The notes: generated by a model from the letters alone, not told the origin. DNA of 64,000 bases from an uncultured Clostridia bacterium (GCA_934500875.1 CAKSTL010000005.1:71671-135670); one strand, 5' to 3'. Positions 40,289 to 51,054 are shown, counted from the first letter of the stretch. Translations and numbers: made by a program.

Positions 40289-41419
40289 ATGGCAAAGAAA
40301 GAAGATAAGAAAATAACCGTCATAGACGCTAACGTTGAAGGACGTGACAAGGCAATAGCGGAGGCAATCCGCCAGATTGACAAAAAATACGGCGAAGGTG
40401 CAATTATGCGCCTCGGTTCGGCTCCGCTCAAAGAAGTGGACGTAATCCCCACCGGTGCGCTGTGTGTTGACATTGCGCTCGGCATAGGCGGTATTCCGAG
40501 AGGAAGGGTTACCGAAATTTACGGCCCCGAATCGTCGGGTAAAACCACCGTGTCGCTCCATATTATTGCAGAGGCGCAAAAAAGAGGCGGTGAGGTTGCG
40601 TTTATTGACGCAGAGCACGCTCTTGACCCTGTTTATGCGCGAAAACTCGGCGTTGACGTTGACAAGCTTATTGTTTCGCAGCCCGATTCGGGTGACGACG
40701 CACTTGAAATATGCGAGGCGCTTGCACGAAGCAATGCGTTTGACTTAATTGTTATAGACTCGGTTGCCGCACTTGTTCCAAAGGCGGAAATTGCGGGTCT
40801 TATGGGAGATTCGTTTGTGGGTCTGCACGCAAGGCTTATGTCGCAGGCTTTAAGAAAGCTTACGCCTATTTTGAGCAAAAGCAATACGGCTGCCATTTTT
40901 ATTAACCAAATCCGTGAAAAAGTCGGCACTATGTACGGCAACCCCGAAACCACAACCGGCGGACGTGCGCTTAAGTTTTATTCGTCTATCCGCATTGAGG
41001 TGCGCAGGGGCGAGCCTATCAAGGTTGGCGACCAGAAAATTGGTAATCTTACCAAGGTTAAAATTGTTAAAAATAAAATGGCGCCTCCGTTTAAAGAGGC
41101 GGAATTTGACATTATCTACGGCGAGGGTATTTCAAAAGAGGGCTGCGTAATAGATGCCGCCGTGTCGTATGATATCATCAAAAAGAGCGGTTCGTGGTTC
41201 TCGTATGAGGGCGACAGAATCGGTCAGGGAAAAGAAAAGGTTAAGCTTTATTTAAAAGAGCACGAGGGTCTTATTGACGAAATTTCAAATAAGGTTATCG
41301 AGGCTCATAAAGAGGCAATGGAAAAACAGCGTCAGGCAAACAAATACGCTGAAAAAACCGTTGAAAAAGAGGATGAAGCAAAGCCGGAAGAAGCTTCTTA
41401 CGACGGCGGAGATGAATAA
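40289..41419 (+). CDS. recA: recombinase RecA
   Basis: Walker A (GPESSGKTT), the L1/L2 loops and the overall 376 aa RecA sequence were recognised. Confidence 0.97.
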   Translation: MAKKEDKKITVIDANVEGRDKAIAEAIRQIDKKYGEGAIMRLGSAPLKEVDVIPTGALCVDIALGIGGIPRGRVTEIYGPESSGKTTVSLHIIAEAQKRGGEVAFIDAEHALDPVYARKLGVDVDKLIVSQPDSGDDALEICEALARSNAFDLIVIDSVAALVPKAEIAGLMGDSFVGLHARLMSQALRKLTPILSKSNTAAIFINQIREKVGTMYGNPETTTGGRALKFYSSIRIEVRRGEPIKVGDQKIGNLTKVKIVKNKMAPPFKEAEFDIIYGEGISKEGCVIDAAVSYDIIKKSGSWFSYEGDRIGQGKEKVKLYLKEHEGLIDEISNKVIEAHKEAMEKQRQANKYAEKTVEKEDEAKPEEASYDGGDE

Positions 41420-42030
41420 TGAAAATTACAGACATCACGCCGCAAAAGCATAATAAAAACAGAGTATCGGTGTTTGTTGACGGAAAGTATTCGTTTTCGC
41501 TCGACAGCGCCGATATGGTGCGTTTGAAGGTTAAAACGGGAAACGAAATTACCGAAAGTGAGATTGAAATTTTAAAAAAAGAATGTAATCTTTCCAAGGC
41601 AATGTCCCGTCTTATGCAGGTTATAAACCGCAAGGCGGCAAGCAAAAAAATGCTGTCGGACGACCTTTACAAGCACGGCTTTGACAGAGAAATTATCGAT
41701 ATTGCAATCGACGAATTTGAACGGCTCGGCTATATCGACGACGAGCAGTTTGCGCTTGAATATGCAAAAGCGGCTTATTCGTTCAAGCACCACGGAAAAA
41801 TACGGATTGTGTCTGACCTTGTGTATAAAGGCGTTGCGAGGGATATTGCGCAAAACGTTGTGGATGACCTTGACGAGGACGAGAGCGAAAGTATTGAAGA
41901 AATTATCCGTCAGCGTTTTATGGATGTTGATTTTTCCGATTATAAAGAAAAACAGCGTGTTGTGCGCTATTTTGCCTCAAGAGGGTTTAATTTTTCCGAT
42001 ATTTTTGCGGTTATCGACAAGTTCAGATGA
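41419..42030 (+). CDS. recX: regulatory protein RecX
   Basis: The gene lies immediately downstream of recA with stop and start overlapping. The 203 aa product is a helical repeat protein with a RecX-like N-terminus. Confidence 0.8.
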   Translation: MKITDITPQKHNKNRVSVFVDGKYSFSLDSADMVRLKVKTGNEITESEIEILKKECNLSKAMSRLMQVINRKAASKKMLSDDLYKHGFDREIIDIAIDEFERLGYIDDEQFALEYAKAAYSFKHHGKIRIVSDLVYKGVARDIAQNVVDDLDEDESESIEEIIRQRFMDVDFSDYKEKQRVVRYFASRGFNFSDIFAVIDKFR

Positions 42031-42048
42031 ATTTAAGGAGTTTTTGAT

Positions 42049-43377
42049 TTGAAGAAAAAAATAGGGTTTGTTTCGCTCGGATGTGCAAAAAATCTTACCG
42101 ATACCGAAACAATGCTTGCACTTTTGAAAAATGAAAACTACATAATCACGCCCGACGCAGACGACGCAGACGTTATTGTTATAAACACCTGTGCGTTTAT
42201 TGACAGCGCAAAGGAGGAGTCGATTAACACCATTCTTGAAATGGCAGAAAAAAAGAAGGCAAAATGCGAGCTTTTGGTTGTTGCCGGCTGTCTTGCGCAA
42301 AGGTATGCGGACGATATAAAAAAAGAAATTCCCGAGGCGGATATAATACTGGGCACAAACGATTATCCGCATATTGCCGAGGCGATTGACGATTTTTACA
42401 AAAAAGGGAAAAAGGACGTTTTTGTAAGCGGCGCAAACGAGCACGTTACAGACGAGCTTCCCCGTGAGATTTCAACTCCTGCGCATTATGCGTATCTTAA
42501 AATTGCCGACGGCTGCGATAATTTCTGCACTTACTGCATTATTCCCAAACTCAGGGGAAAGTACCGTTCACGAAGCTTGCAGAGCATTGTGAGCGAGGCA
42601 AAGTCTTTGGCTGAAAGGGGCGTAAAAGAGATTATTCTTGTTGCGCAGGATACGGCGTATTACGGTTGTGATAACGGAAAAAGCGAGCTTTGCACCCTTC
42701 TTGAAAGTCTTTCCGAAATTGACGGTATCAGGTGGATAAGGCTTCAGTATTGCTATCCCGAAAACATTACCGACGATTTGATAGATGAAATTGCGAAAAA
42801 TGAAAAAGTTGTAAATTATATAGATATGCCGCTTCAGCACGTAAGCGACAGAATTTTGAAGAAAATGGGAAGAAAAAGCAGTTTTTGCGAGATAAACAGT
42901 CTTATTGACAAGTTAAGAGCAAAAATCCCCGATATTTCAATAAGAACCTCGCTGATTGCGGGATTTCCCGGAGAAACAAAAGAAGATTTTGAAATTTTAA
43001 AAGGTTTTCTTGCCGATAAAAAACTTGACAAAGTCGGCGTTTTCACATATTCGAGAGAAGAAGGCACACCTGCGGCAGGTTTTGACAATCAGATTGACGA
43101 TTTCGAAAAGGAAAGCCGCAAAAATGAGCTTATGGAGCTGCAAAACAAAATTTCGCTTGAAAAAAACAAGGCGAAAATCGGCAAAACTGCCTGTGCAATA
43201 ATCGATTTCTATGACGAAGGCGAGCTTTGCTATATCGGCAGAACATACGGCGATACGCCGGACGTGGACGAGTGTGCGTATATCTACAGCGCATATGAGC
43301 TTGCGAGCGGCGATATCGTAAAAATAAAGGTGCTTGACGCACACGATTATGACATAACGGGGGAGGTAATTCTGTGA
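42049..43377 (+). CDS. rimO: ribosomal protein S12 methylthiotransferase RimO
   Basis: The MTTase N-domain (GFVSLGCAKN), the radical SAM motif CDNFCTYC and a TRAM domain are present. It uses a TTG start. Confidence 0.9.
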   Translation: MKKKIGFVSLGCAKNLTDTETMLALLKNENYIITPDADDADVIVINTCAFIDSAKEESINTILEMAEKKKAKCELLVVAGCLAQRYADDIKKEIPEADIILGTNDYPHIAEAIDDFYKKGKKDVFVSGANEHVTDELPREISTPAHYAYLKIADGCDNFCTYCIIPKLRGKYRSRSLQSIVSEAKSLAERGVKEIILVAQDTAYYGCDNGKSELCTLLESLSEIDGIRWIRLQYCYPENITDDLIDEIAKNEKVVNYIDMPLQHVSDRILKKMGRKSSFCEINSLIDKLRAKIPDISIRTSLIAGFPGETKEDFEILKGFLADKKLDKVGVFTYSREEGTPAAGFDNQIDDFEKESRKNELMELQNKISLEKNKAKIGKTACAIIDFYDEGELCYIGRTYGDTPDVDECAYIYSAYELASGDIVKIKVLDAHDYDITGEVIL

Positions 43378-43916
43378 ACTTGCCAAATAAAATTACGCTT
43401 GCACGAATATTTTTAATTCCGCTGTTTATAGCGGTGCTTATGACAAGAGGCTTTATGTTCTGCGATATTGCTTCGGCACTGATTTTTGCCGTTGCGGCGC
43501 TTACCGACGGCATTGACGGTTACCTTGCCCGAAAAAACAATCAGGTTACAGATCTCGGCAAGTTTTTGGACCCGATTGCCGACAAGCTTCTTATTGCTTC
43601 GGCGCTTATATGCCTTGTGGAGCTTCAGAGAATACCGGCATATATGGCGATTATCATTATCGCACGTGAGTTTATCGTGACGGGGTTAAGAATTGTGGCT
43701 ATTTCAAACGGCGTTGTTATGGCGGCTGAAATGACGGGGAAAATCAAAACCGTAATTCAGATTATTGCAACGGTTATTACGCTTCTTTTCCCGAACGTTC
43801 CGGTATTCGGCACAACGCTCGGATGGGTTGCAATGCTTATTGCAACGCTTTTTACAATATATTCGGGCTATGTTTACCTTTCCAAAAACTGGGATATGGT
43901 TATAAATTCCAAATAA
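43374..43916 (+). CDS. pgsA: CDP-diacylglycerol--glycerol-3-phosphate 3-phosphatidyltransferase
   Basis: The CDP-alcohol phosphatidyltransferase motif DG..AR......GK..D...D is present. The length is 180 aa. Confidence 0.9.
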   Translation: MNLPNKITLARIFLIPLFIAVLMTRGFMFCDIASALIFAVAALTDGIDGYLARKNNQVTDLGKFLDPIADKLLIASALICLVELQRIPAYMAIIIIAREFIVTGLRIVAISNGVVMAAEMTGKIKTVIQIIATVITLLFPNVPVFGTTLGWVAMLIATLFTIYSGYVYLSKNWDMVINSK

Positions 43917-43936
43917 ATTTTATACAAAAAACATAT

Positions 43937-43974
43937 AAAAGTGATATTTTTAAGACGAAAAATATCACTTTTTC
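43937..43974 (+). terminator. rho-independent terminator after pgsA
   Basis: AAAAGTGATATTTTT and AAAAATATCACTTTT form a long A/T-flanked hairpin followed by a T-run. Confidence 0.6.
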
Positions 43975-44068
43975 ACATAATAATATAAAAAATTTGATTT
44001 TTTGCGCATAGTATGATAAAATGTTGAAAAATCGGTCATTCAACCTTATTTTGAAAGGACGAAAAAAG

Positions 44069-45562
44069 ATGAAATATATCAGCACCAGAAGCGATAAATA
44101 CGTATACGAAAGCGCCGCGGCAATAAAAATGGGAATTGCCCCGGACGGAGGACTTTTTGTGCCCGAAAAAATTCCTTGCGTCACAAAAGACGAAATAGAG
44201 GGCTTTGCAAATCTTACTTATCCCGAGCTTGCAAAAAAAATTCTTTCGCTCTATCTTACCGATTACACCGATGATGAGCTTTCGGAGTGTGTAAAAGGGG
44301 CGTATGAAAGCGGAAAATTTGAGTCCGACGCTGTTGCGCCGCTTCATAAGCTTGACGAAAAGGTGTCGGTTCTGGAGCTGTGGCACGGTCCCACCTGTGC
44401 GTTTAAGGATATGGCGCTTCAGATTTTGCCGCATTTTTTGGTTAAGGCAATCAAAAAAACCGGCGAGGACAGAGATGTCATAATTCTGGTTGCAACGTCC
44501 GGAGATACCGGCAAAGCGGCTTTGGAAGGCTTTAAGGACGTTAAAAACACAAAAATTCAGGTGTTTTATCCTGTTTGCGGCGTATCGAAAATTCAAAAGC
44601 TGCAAATGGCAACGCAGGACGGCTCAAATGTCAGCGTTATTTCGGTTGACGGCAATTTTGACGACGCACAGACAGGCGTTAAGAAAATTTTCGGAAACGA
44701 GGAATGTATAAACGAAGCCGCAGACTTAGGCTATGTTTTCTCCAGCGCAAATTCCATTAACTGGGGAAGGCTTGTTCCGCAGATTGTTTATTATTTTTAC
44801 GCATATGCAACGCTTGTTAAAAACGGCGAAATAAAATGCGGCGACAAAATAAACATTGTTGTTCCCACGGGCAACTTCGGAAACATCCTTGCGGCGTATT
44901 ACGCAAAGGAAATGGGTCTTTTTGTTGACAGGCTGATATGCGCCTCCAACAGCAACAATGTGCTTACCGACTTTATAAAAACGGGCACATATGACAGAAA
45001 CAGAAAGTTTGAAACCACAATTTCGCCTTCTATGGATATCCTTATTTCAAGCAACCTCGAAAGGCTTTTGTTCCATATGTCAAAAGGAGATTTCAAGCTT
45101 GTAAAAGAATATATGACCCTCCTTTCAACTGACGGAAAATACAGCGTAAACAGTGAAATTTTTGATAAAATCAAAAGCGTATTTTCGGCAGACTGCTGCG
45201 ACGACTGCGGCACAAAGAAAACCATAAGGGATACGTTTGAAAAATACGGCTACACAATAGATACGCACACTGCGGTTGCGAAAAACGTTTACGATAAATT
45301 CGAGTCGGAGAATAAGTCCGATACAAAAACCGTTATCGCATCCACCGCAAATCCTTATAAATTCAATAAGGCAGTGCTTGAGGCAATTTGCGATACTCCC
45401 CTTCCCGAAGGCGAATTTGAGCTTATTGACCTGTTGTGCGAAAAAAGCAAACTTCCCGTTCCCAAATCGCTCTCGGGTCTTAAAAGCAAGTTTATCCGCT
45501 TCAACACCGTTTGCGGCAAGGACGCTTTGTGGGCGGAAACCAAAAAATTCTTGACAAAATAG
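44069..45562 (+). CDS. thrC: threonine synthase (long form)
   Basis: LWHGPTCAFKD and TSGDTG align with E. coli/Bacillus ThrC (LFHGPTLAFKD, TSGDTG). The start was chosen at MKYIST after GAAAGGA. A promoter-like TTGATT-17-TAAAAT lies at 43994-44022. Confidence 0.85.
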   Translation: MKYISTRSDKYVYESAAAIKMGIAPDGGLFVPEKIPCVTKDEIEGFANLTYPELAKKILSLYLTDYTDDELSECVKGAYESGKFESDAVAPLHKLDEKVSVLELWHGPTCAFKDMALQILPHFLVKAIKKTGEDRDVIILVATSGDTGKAALEGFKDVKNTKIQVFYPVCGVSKIQKLQMATQDGSNVSVISVDGNFDDAQTGVKKIFGNEECINEAADLGYVFSSANSINWGRLVPQIVYYFYAYATLVKNGEIKCGDKINIVVPTGNFGNILAAYYAKEMGLFVDRLICASNSNNVLTDFIKTGTYDRNRKFETTISPSMDILISSNLERLLFHMSKGDFKLVKEYMTLLSTDGKYSVNSEIFDKIKSVFSADCCDDCGTKKTIRDTFEKYGYTIDTHTAVAKNVYDKFESENKSDTKTVIASTANPYKFNKAVLEAICDTPLPEGEFELIDLLCEKSKLPVPKSLSGLKSKFIRFNTVCGKDALWAETKKFLTK

Positions 45563-45607
45563 GCTTGTTCATTTATACTGTTTATATAAAAATACGGAGA
45601 AAAAATT

Positions 45608-45700
45608 ATGCTTACTCATTCTTTTGAAATTTACTTTATTATCACCCTGATTCTTTTTGGATTGGGTTACTTTGTGATAGAAAAAAATTTTTGCAAATGA
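45608..45700 (+). CDS. 30-codon hydrophobic Phe/Tyr-rich small ORF (putative small membrane peptide or leader)
   Basis: A GGAG RBS lies 7 nt upstream of the ATG. The peptide MLTHSFEIYFIITLILFGLGYFVIEKNFCK sits 88 nt upstream of aroB. It is below the ORF-track size cutoff. Confidence 0.3.
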   Translation: MLTHSFEIYFIITLILFGLGYFVIEKNFCK

Positions 45701-45788
45701 GTTTGAGCGTAAAAACAAATATCGCATTTAAAAAGCTCATTTACATTTTGTAAATGGGCTTATATTTTTATAAAAGGGACTTGGTAAA

Positions 45789-46841
45789 ATGGTTATTAAC
45801 GCAGCGGCAAGCACACGCAGCTATGACATAATTATCGAAAACGGAATTTTTGACAAAATCGGCGGCATAATAAAAGATTTTTCAAACGGCGCAAAGGTGT
45901 TTTTTGTTATAGACGAAAACTTTTTCGATATCTTCGGCGAAAGGCTTAAAGCCATTATTTCGGGCAGCGGAATTGACTTTTTATACTATGTGCTTGAGTC
46001 GGGCGAAAAATCAAAATGCAAAGAAAAGCTTTTTGAAATTTATTCTTGTCTTGCAAAGCACAAAATTTCAAGAAAAGATACCGTTGTTGCGCTGGGCGGC
46101 GGCGTTTGCGGCGACCTTGCGGGTTTTGCGGCGGCGACGTATCTCAGGGGCGTTAAGCTTATTCAAATTCCCACAACGCTTCTTGCCCAGGTTGACAGCT
46201 CGGTAGGCGGCAAGGTTGCAATCGACCTTCCCGAAGGAAAAAATCTTGTCGGAAATTTCTATCCTCCGCATATGGTAATTATCGACCCGACCCTTTTAAA
46301 AACCCTTCCCGAAAGCGTTTTTAACTGCGGTATGGCAGAGGTTATAAAGTACGGCGCAATATATGACGCAAGCCTTTTTGATGCGCTTTGCGACAAAAAA
46401 TATACCGAAAAAAACCTTGAAAAAATAATCGCAAGATGCGTTGATATAAAGCGCATTATCGTGCAGAACGACGAGTTTGACACGGGCGAGCGAATGATTC
46501 TTAACTTCGGTCATACCTACGGTCACGTTGTTGAAAAGTATTTTAACTACGAAAAATACAGCCACGGCGAGGCGGTGGCAATAGGAATGGCGCATATAAC
46601 CAAAATTTCGCAGGATGCGGGCATTTCGGAAAAAGGCACTTACGAAAGGCTTTGCACACTTTTAAAAACCTATTCTCTTATGTTTGACGACGTAAAAATT
46701 CCGTATGAGGCGGCAAAAGAAACGCTTCTTCTGGATAAAAAGAGCGAAACGGAGTATATAAACTATATCGTTTTGGAAAAAATAGGAAAATGCAGGATTT
46801 TAAAGCTTAAAAAAGAGGATAATTTTTTATGGAAAAACTGA
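45789..46841 (+). CDS. aroB: 3-dehydroquinate synthase
   Basis: The motifs GGGVCGDLAGFAAATYLRG and GGKVAIDL, plus metal ligand histidines, are present. Confidence 0.9.
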   Translation: MVINAAASTRSYDIIIENGIFDKIGGIIKDFSNGAKVFFVIDENFFDIFGERLKAIISGSGIDFLYYVLESGEKSKCKEKLFEIYSCLAKHKISRKDTVVALGGGVCGDLAGFAAATYLRGVKLIQIPTTLLAQVDSSVGGKVAIDLPEGKNLVGNFYPPHMVIIDPTLLKTLPESVFNCGMAEVIKYGAIYDASLFDALCDKKYTEKNLEKIIARCVDIKRIIVQNDEFDTGERMILNFGHTYGHVVEKYFNYEKYSHGEAVAIGMAHITKISQDAGISEKGTYERLCTLLKTYSLMFDDVKIPYEAAKETLLLDKKSETEYINYIVLEKIGKCRILKLKKEDNFLWKN

Positions 46842-48091
46842 CTTTGACAGGCAAAAAGGATTTTAAAAAGCGCATTTTCGCACCGCCGTCAAAATCGTAT
46901 TCGCACAGGATGATACTTTCTGCGGCGCTGTCGGACGGTATATCGAGAATTGAAAATCTCATTTTTTCAAAAGACGTGCTTGCAACGCTTGATTTTGCGA
47001 AAAAATGCGGAGCGTATGTTTTTCGGGGCGAAAATTTTGCCGAAATAAAGGGCGGAACGGCGCCTGATGAGGCTGAAATTTTCTGCGGCGAATCTGCCTC
47101 CACATTAAGATTTGTTATTCCCGTTCTTGCCGCAAAGGGCATAAAGGCGCACATCACCGGCGCAGGCAGGCTTATGCACCGTCCGCTTGATGTGTATACC
47201 GAAATTTTTGACGAAAAGGGCATAAATTACCGATACGAAAAGGGCGGATTTTTTGACATAAATTCTTGTATTCCGAGCGGAATTTACAATGTCAGAGGAG
47301 ATGTTTCGTCGCAGTTTATAACGGGTCTTTTGTACGCTCTGCCCCTTCTTTCGGGCAATTCCGAAATAAACATCACAACGCCCCTTATGTCAAAGCCGTA
47401 TATTGACATCACGCTGGACGTTTTAAAACGCAGCGGTATAGAAATTGAAAACGATAACTTCAAAACCTTTAAAATAAAGAAAAATCAAAAATATCTGCCG
47501 TTAAACGCCGCTGTTCCGGGCGATTTTTCGCAGTGCTGTCCGTTTGTTGCGGCGGCGCTTTTTGCAGGGCATATCGAAATGCTTAACCTTGATTTGAAAT
47601 CTCTTCAGGGTGACAAAAAAATAATCGAATATTCAAAGGCGCTCGGAGGAAGGATTTTTGCAAACGAGAGCAAAATTACGGTGGAAAAATCAAACCTTAC
47701 GTCGGGCAAAACGTTCGATATTTCGGATTGTCCCGATATTGCGCCCGTTTTTTCGGTAATATGCGCTCATGCTGAGGGCGAAACAATTCTTACCGGCACA
47801 AACAGGCTGAAAATCAAGGAGTGCGACAGAGAGGCTGCGATTGTATCAACGCTTAAAAAGCTTGGCGCAGAGTGCTCTGCCGGTGATGACTATATAAAAA
47901 TAAAGGGCGTAAAAACCTTTAACGGCGGCACATTCGATTCGTTCAACGACCACAGAACGGCAATGGCTTTGTGTGCGGCGTCGGTGTGCGCAAACGAAAA
48001 AATCACCGTTTTAAATCCTATGTGCATTGAAAAATCGTATCCTTCATTTTACGACGATTTTAAGGATTTTACCTATCAGACAAGGAGTTAG
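46829..48091 (+). CDS. aroA: 3-phosphoshikimate 1-carboxyvinyltransferase (EPSP synthase)
   Basis: The motifs PPSKSYSHRMIL and DHRTAMA are present. The length is 420 aa. Confidence 0.9.
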   Translation: MEKLTLTGKKDFKKRIFAPPSKSYSHRMILSAALSDGISRIENLIFSKDVLATLDFAKKCGAYVFRGENFAEIKGGTAPDEAEIFCGESASTLRFVIPVLAAKGIKAHITGAGRLMHRPLDVYTEIFDEKGINYRYEKGGFFDINSCIPSGIYNVRGDVSSQFITGLLYALPLLSGNSEINITTPLMSKPYIDITLDVLKRSGIEIENDNFKTFKIKKNQKYLPLNAAVPGDFSQCCPFVAAALFAGHIEMLNLDLKSLQGDKKIIEYSKALGGRIFANESKITVEKSNLTSGKTFDISDCPDIAPVFSVICAHAEGETILTGTNRLKIKECDREAAIVSTLKKLGAECSAGDDYIKIKGVKTFNGGTFDSFNDHRTAMALCAASVCANEKITVLNPMCIEKSYPSFYDDFKDFTYQTRS

Positions 48092-48094
48092 AAT

Positions 48095-49153
48095 ATGAAC
48101 ATTTTCGGAAATAATATTAAATTTTCAATTTTCGGCGAGTCGCACGGCACTGCAATCGGCGGAGTTATCGACGGAATAAAACCCGGTGTGAAGCTTGATT
48201 TTGAAAAAATCGATTATATGATGAAAAAGCGCAATCACAGGGCGGTGTATTCCACAAGCCGTGCCGAGGCGGATAAGTATGAAATTCTGTCGGGGGTAAG
48301 AGATGGCGTAACAACCGGCTCTCCGCTTGCGTTTGAGATACGCAATGCCGATACAAAGAGCGGTCACTATTCAGAGCTTGAAAACGTTATGCGCCCCTCG
48401 CACGCAGATTACGGCGCATATGTAAAGTATAACGGTTTTGCCGATTACCGTGGCGGCGGTCATTTTTCGGGCAGAATTACCGCACCGCTCACCTTTGCCG
48501 GCGCAATTTTTAAAAACGAGCTTGAAAAGCAGGGAATTTTTATTTATCCGCACATTTTGTCGATAGGAAACGTGCGTGACAAAAGCTTTCTTGACGGCGA
48601 CGGCAAATATATAGGCGACCTCGGGTTTTTTCCCGTGACGGACAAGAGCGTTGAAGAAAAAATGCTTGCGCATATAGAGAAAGTCAGGGCGGACAAAGAT
48701 TCGTGCGGCGGCATTGTCGAAGTTGCGGTGTGCGGCGTAAAGGCAGGGTTCGGAAATCCGTTTTTCGGCTCGGTCGAAAGCGAAATTTCACGGATGATGT
48801 TTTCAATCCCGGCGGTAAAAGGCGTTGAATTCGGCAAAGGTTTTGACATAACCTATCTTACCGGCTTTGAGGCGAACGATAATTATTATTATGACAGCGA
48901 TAAAAACGTTTGCGTGAAAAAGAACAACAACGGCGGCATTGTCGGCGGAATTACAAACGGTGCACCAATAATTTTTAAGGTTGCAATAAAGCCGACGCCG
49001 TCAATTTTTAAAACGCAGGACACCATAAACGTGAAAACAAAGGAAAATACAAAACTGAGCCTTGAAGGACGGCACGATTCGTGCATTGTTCCCAGGGCTG
49101 CGGCTGCCATAGAGGCGGCTTGCGCAATGGTTATTTACGATATTATCAGCTAA
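48095..49153 (+). CDS. aroC: chorismate synthase
   Basis: The motifs GESHG and RPSHADY are present. The length is 352 aa. Confidence 0.95.
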   Translation: MNIFGNNIKFSIFGESHGTAIGGVIDGIKPGVKLDFEKIDYMMKKRNHRAVYSTSRAEADKYEILSGVRDGVTTGSPLAFEIRNADTKSGHYSELENVMRPSHADYGAYVKYNGFADYRGGGHFSGRITAPLTFAGAIFKNELEKQGIFIYPHILSIGNVRDKSFLDGDGKYIGDLGFFPVTDKSVEEKMLAHIEKVRADKDSCGGIVEVAVCGVKAGFGNPFFGSVESEISRMMFSIPAVKGVEFGKGFDITYLTGFEANDNYYYDSDKNVCVKKNNNGGIVGGITNGAPIIFKVAIKPTPSIFKTQDTINVKTKENTKLSLEGRHDSCIVPRAAAAIEAACAMVIYDIIS

Positions 49154-49168
49154 AGGGTGGTTTTTAAA

Positions 49169-50269
49169 ATGGATAAACTTGATGAGTACAGGCAAAATAT
49201 TGACAAAATCGACAGGCAAATGGTAAGCCTTTTTGAACAGCGTATGAAAAATGCGTCTCTGATAGGCGAATATAAAGAAAAGCACAATCTTCCGGTGCTT
49301 AACGCAGGCAGAGAAAAAGAGGTTATAAGAAAAGCGGCGGCAAATCTTGAGGACAAAAACCTTGCCGTTTATGCCGAGGATTTTTTTGAGAATATGATGC
49401 GCATAAGCCGAAAATATCAGGCGGACAACAAAAAAAGCGGCAAAAAAATTGCATATTTCGGCATAGAGGGCAGCTTTACATACGAGTCGGTCTTAAAATA
49501 CGGCGAAAATCTTATGTCGTTTGAGGCAATCGGCTGCGGCACAACGGAGGAGGTTTTCCGTCTTTTGCTCAACGACGGCGCCGACCTTGCGGTTATTCCG
49601 TTTGAAAATTCCACCACGGGTGCGGTTGTGGACGTTTACGACCTTCTTATTAAATACGATTTTTTCATAGCGGACGAAATGTATCTGAAGGTTTCGCAGC
49701 ATCTTATGGCGAAAAAGGGCGTTAAAAAAGAGGATGTAAAAACGGTTTATTCGCATCCGCAGGCATTGGCGCAGTGCAAAAGGTTTATTGATTTTAATTC
49801 GTATGACGCAATTCCTTATCTTAATACGGCGCTTTCGGCAAAGTTTGTAAGCGAAAGCGATAAAACGGACATTGCGGCAATAGCCGGGGCGAGTGCGGCA
49901 AAAATATACGGCCTTGAAATTCTGTCGGCAAACGTAAATACCGAAACCGATAATTTTACAAAATTTATCGTTCTTTCAAAAAAAGAAAAACGCTCGGAGG
50001 ACGCCGATAAAATAAGCGCCGTTATTTCGCTTTCGGACAAAGCGGGTATGCTCTACAACATAGTTAAAATTTTTAAGGACGAGGGAATAAACCTTACAAA
50101 AATAGAGTCACGTCCCGACCACAAAAACCCGTTTGAGTATATGTTTTTCATTGATTTTGACGGCAATGTGAATGATAAAAGAGTTCAAAATGCAATTGAA
50201 AAGGTTAAAGAAAACACCAAAATATTCAAGTATCTCGGAAATTACAAAAGAAGGAGCGTTCAGTCGTGA
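49169..50269 (+). CDS. pheA: bifunctional chorismate mutase / prephenate dehydratase
   Basis: An N-terminal AroQ-type chorismate mutase helix (IDKIDRQMVSLFEQRM) is followed by a PDT domain and a C-terminal ACT domain (ESRP). The start was chosen at MDKLDEY. The track ORF begins 12 nt earlier. Confidence 0.85.
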   Translation: MDKLDEYRQNIDKIDRQMVSLFEQRMKNASLIGEYKEKHNLPVLNAGREKEVIRKAAANLEDKNLAVYAEDFFENMMRISRKYQADNKKSGKKIAYFGIEGSFTYESVLKYGENLMSFEAIGCGTTEEVFRLLLNDGADLAVIPFENSTTGAVVDVYDLLIKYDFFIADEMYLKVSQHLMAKKGVKKEDVKTVYSHPQALAQCKRFIDFNSYDAIPYLNTALSAKFVSESDKTDIAAIAGASAAKIYGLEILSANVNTETDNFTKFIVLSKKEKRSEDADKISAVISLSDKAGMLYNIVKIFKDEGINLTKIESRPDHKNPFEYMFFIDFDGNVNDKRVQNAIEKVKENTKIFKYLGNYKRRSVQS

Positions 50270-51054
50270 AATACGCATTGATAGGCGAAAAACTCACTCA
50301 TTCGCTCTCAAAGGTTCTGCACGAAAAATATTTTGAAATAAAAAACGAAAATTCGTCCTACGATTTGATTGAAATAAAAAAAGACAGCTTTGATATGGAG
50401 TTTAAAAGGCTTTTGAAAAAAGGCTATGACGGAATTAACGTTACAATTCCGTATAAAAGGGACGTTTTGCCTTATCTTGATTATATTTCGCCCGAGGCAA
50501 AAAAAATAGGTGCGGTGAACACGATAAAAATTAAGGACGGGCAGCTTTTCGGCTATAATACCGATTTTTTCGGCATTATAAAAACGTTTGAAAGATATAA
50601 AATAGATATCAAAAACAAGAACGTTGTAATTCTCGGAACGGGCGGAGCGAGTGCGGCGGTTGTTGCGGCGGTTCTGCACCTCGGGGCAAAATCGGCGGTT
50701 TTTGTGTCAAGAAAGCGGAAAATCCACTGCGGAATGCTTACAAAAACCTACGACGAATTTATTTTCGGCGATGTGCTTATAAACGCCACGCCGGTGGGAA
50801 TGTATCCCGATACATTTGCCTGCCCGATTGACAAAATAAACTTTTCCTGCGTGTTCGACCTTATTTACAATCCCGAAAAAACGCTTCTTTTAAAGCGTGC
50901 CGAATCGGAGGGCAAAAAGGCGGTAAACGGGCTTTATATGCTTGTTTCGCAGGGCATTTATGCGCAGAGTATATGGAAGGAAATTCCGTTTGAAAATGAT
51001 ATAAACGAAAAAGTTTTTGACGAGGTGAAAAAATATGAAAATTATGGTAATTAA
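50266..51054 (+). CDS. aroE: shikimate dehydrogenase
   Basis: The motifs GEKLTHSLS, NVTIPYK and GTGGAS are present. Confidence 0.85.
   Translation: MKYALIGEKLTHSLSKVLHEKYFEIKNENSSYDLIEIKKDSFDMEFKRLLKKGYDGINVTIPYKRDVLPYLDYISPEAKKIGAVNTIKIKDGQLFGYNTDFFGIIKTFERYKIDIKNKNVVILGTGGASAAVVAAVLHLGAKSAVFVSRKRKIHCGMLTKTYDEFIFGDVLINATPVGMYPDTFACPIDKINFSCVFDLIYNPEKTLLLKRAESEGKKAVNGLYMLVSQGIYAQSIWKEIPFENDINEKVFDEVKKYENYGN

Noticed and set aside
43975-44068. T-box or other riboswitch leader upstream of thrC, and similarly upstream of aroB (45563-45788)
   Set aside because: No T-box consensus (AATTAGGGTGGNACCGCG-like) and no specifier-loop architecture is visible. Only a promoter and the pgsA terminator hairpin were recognised.
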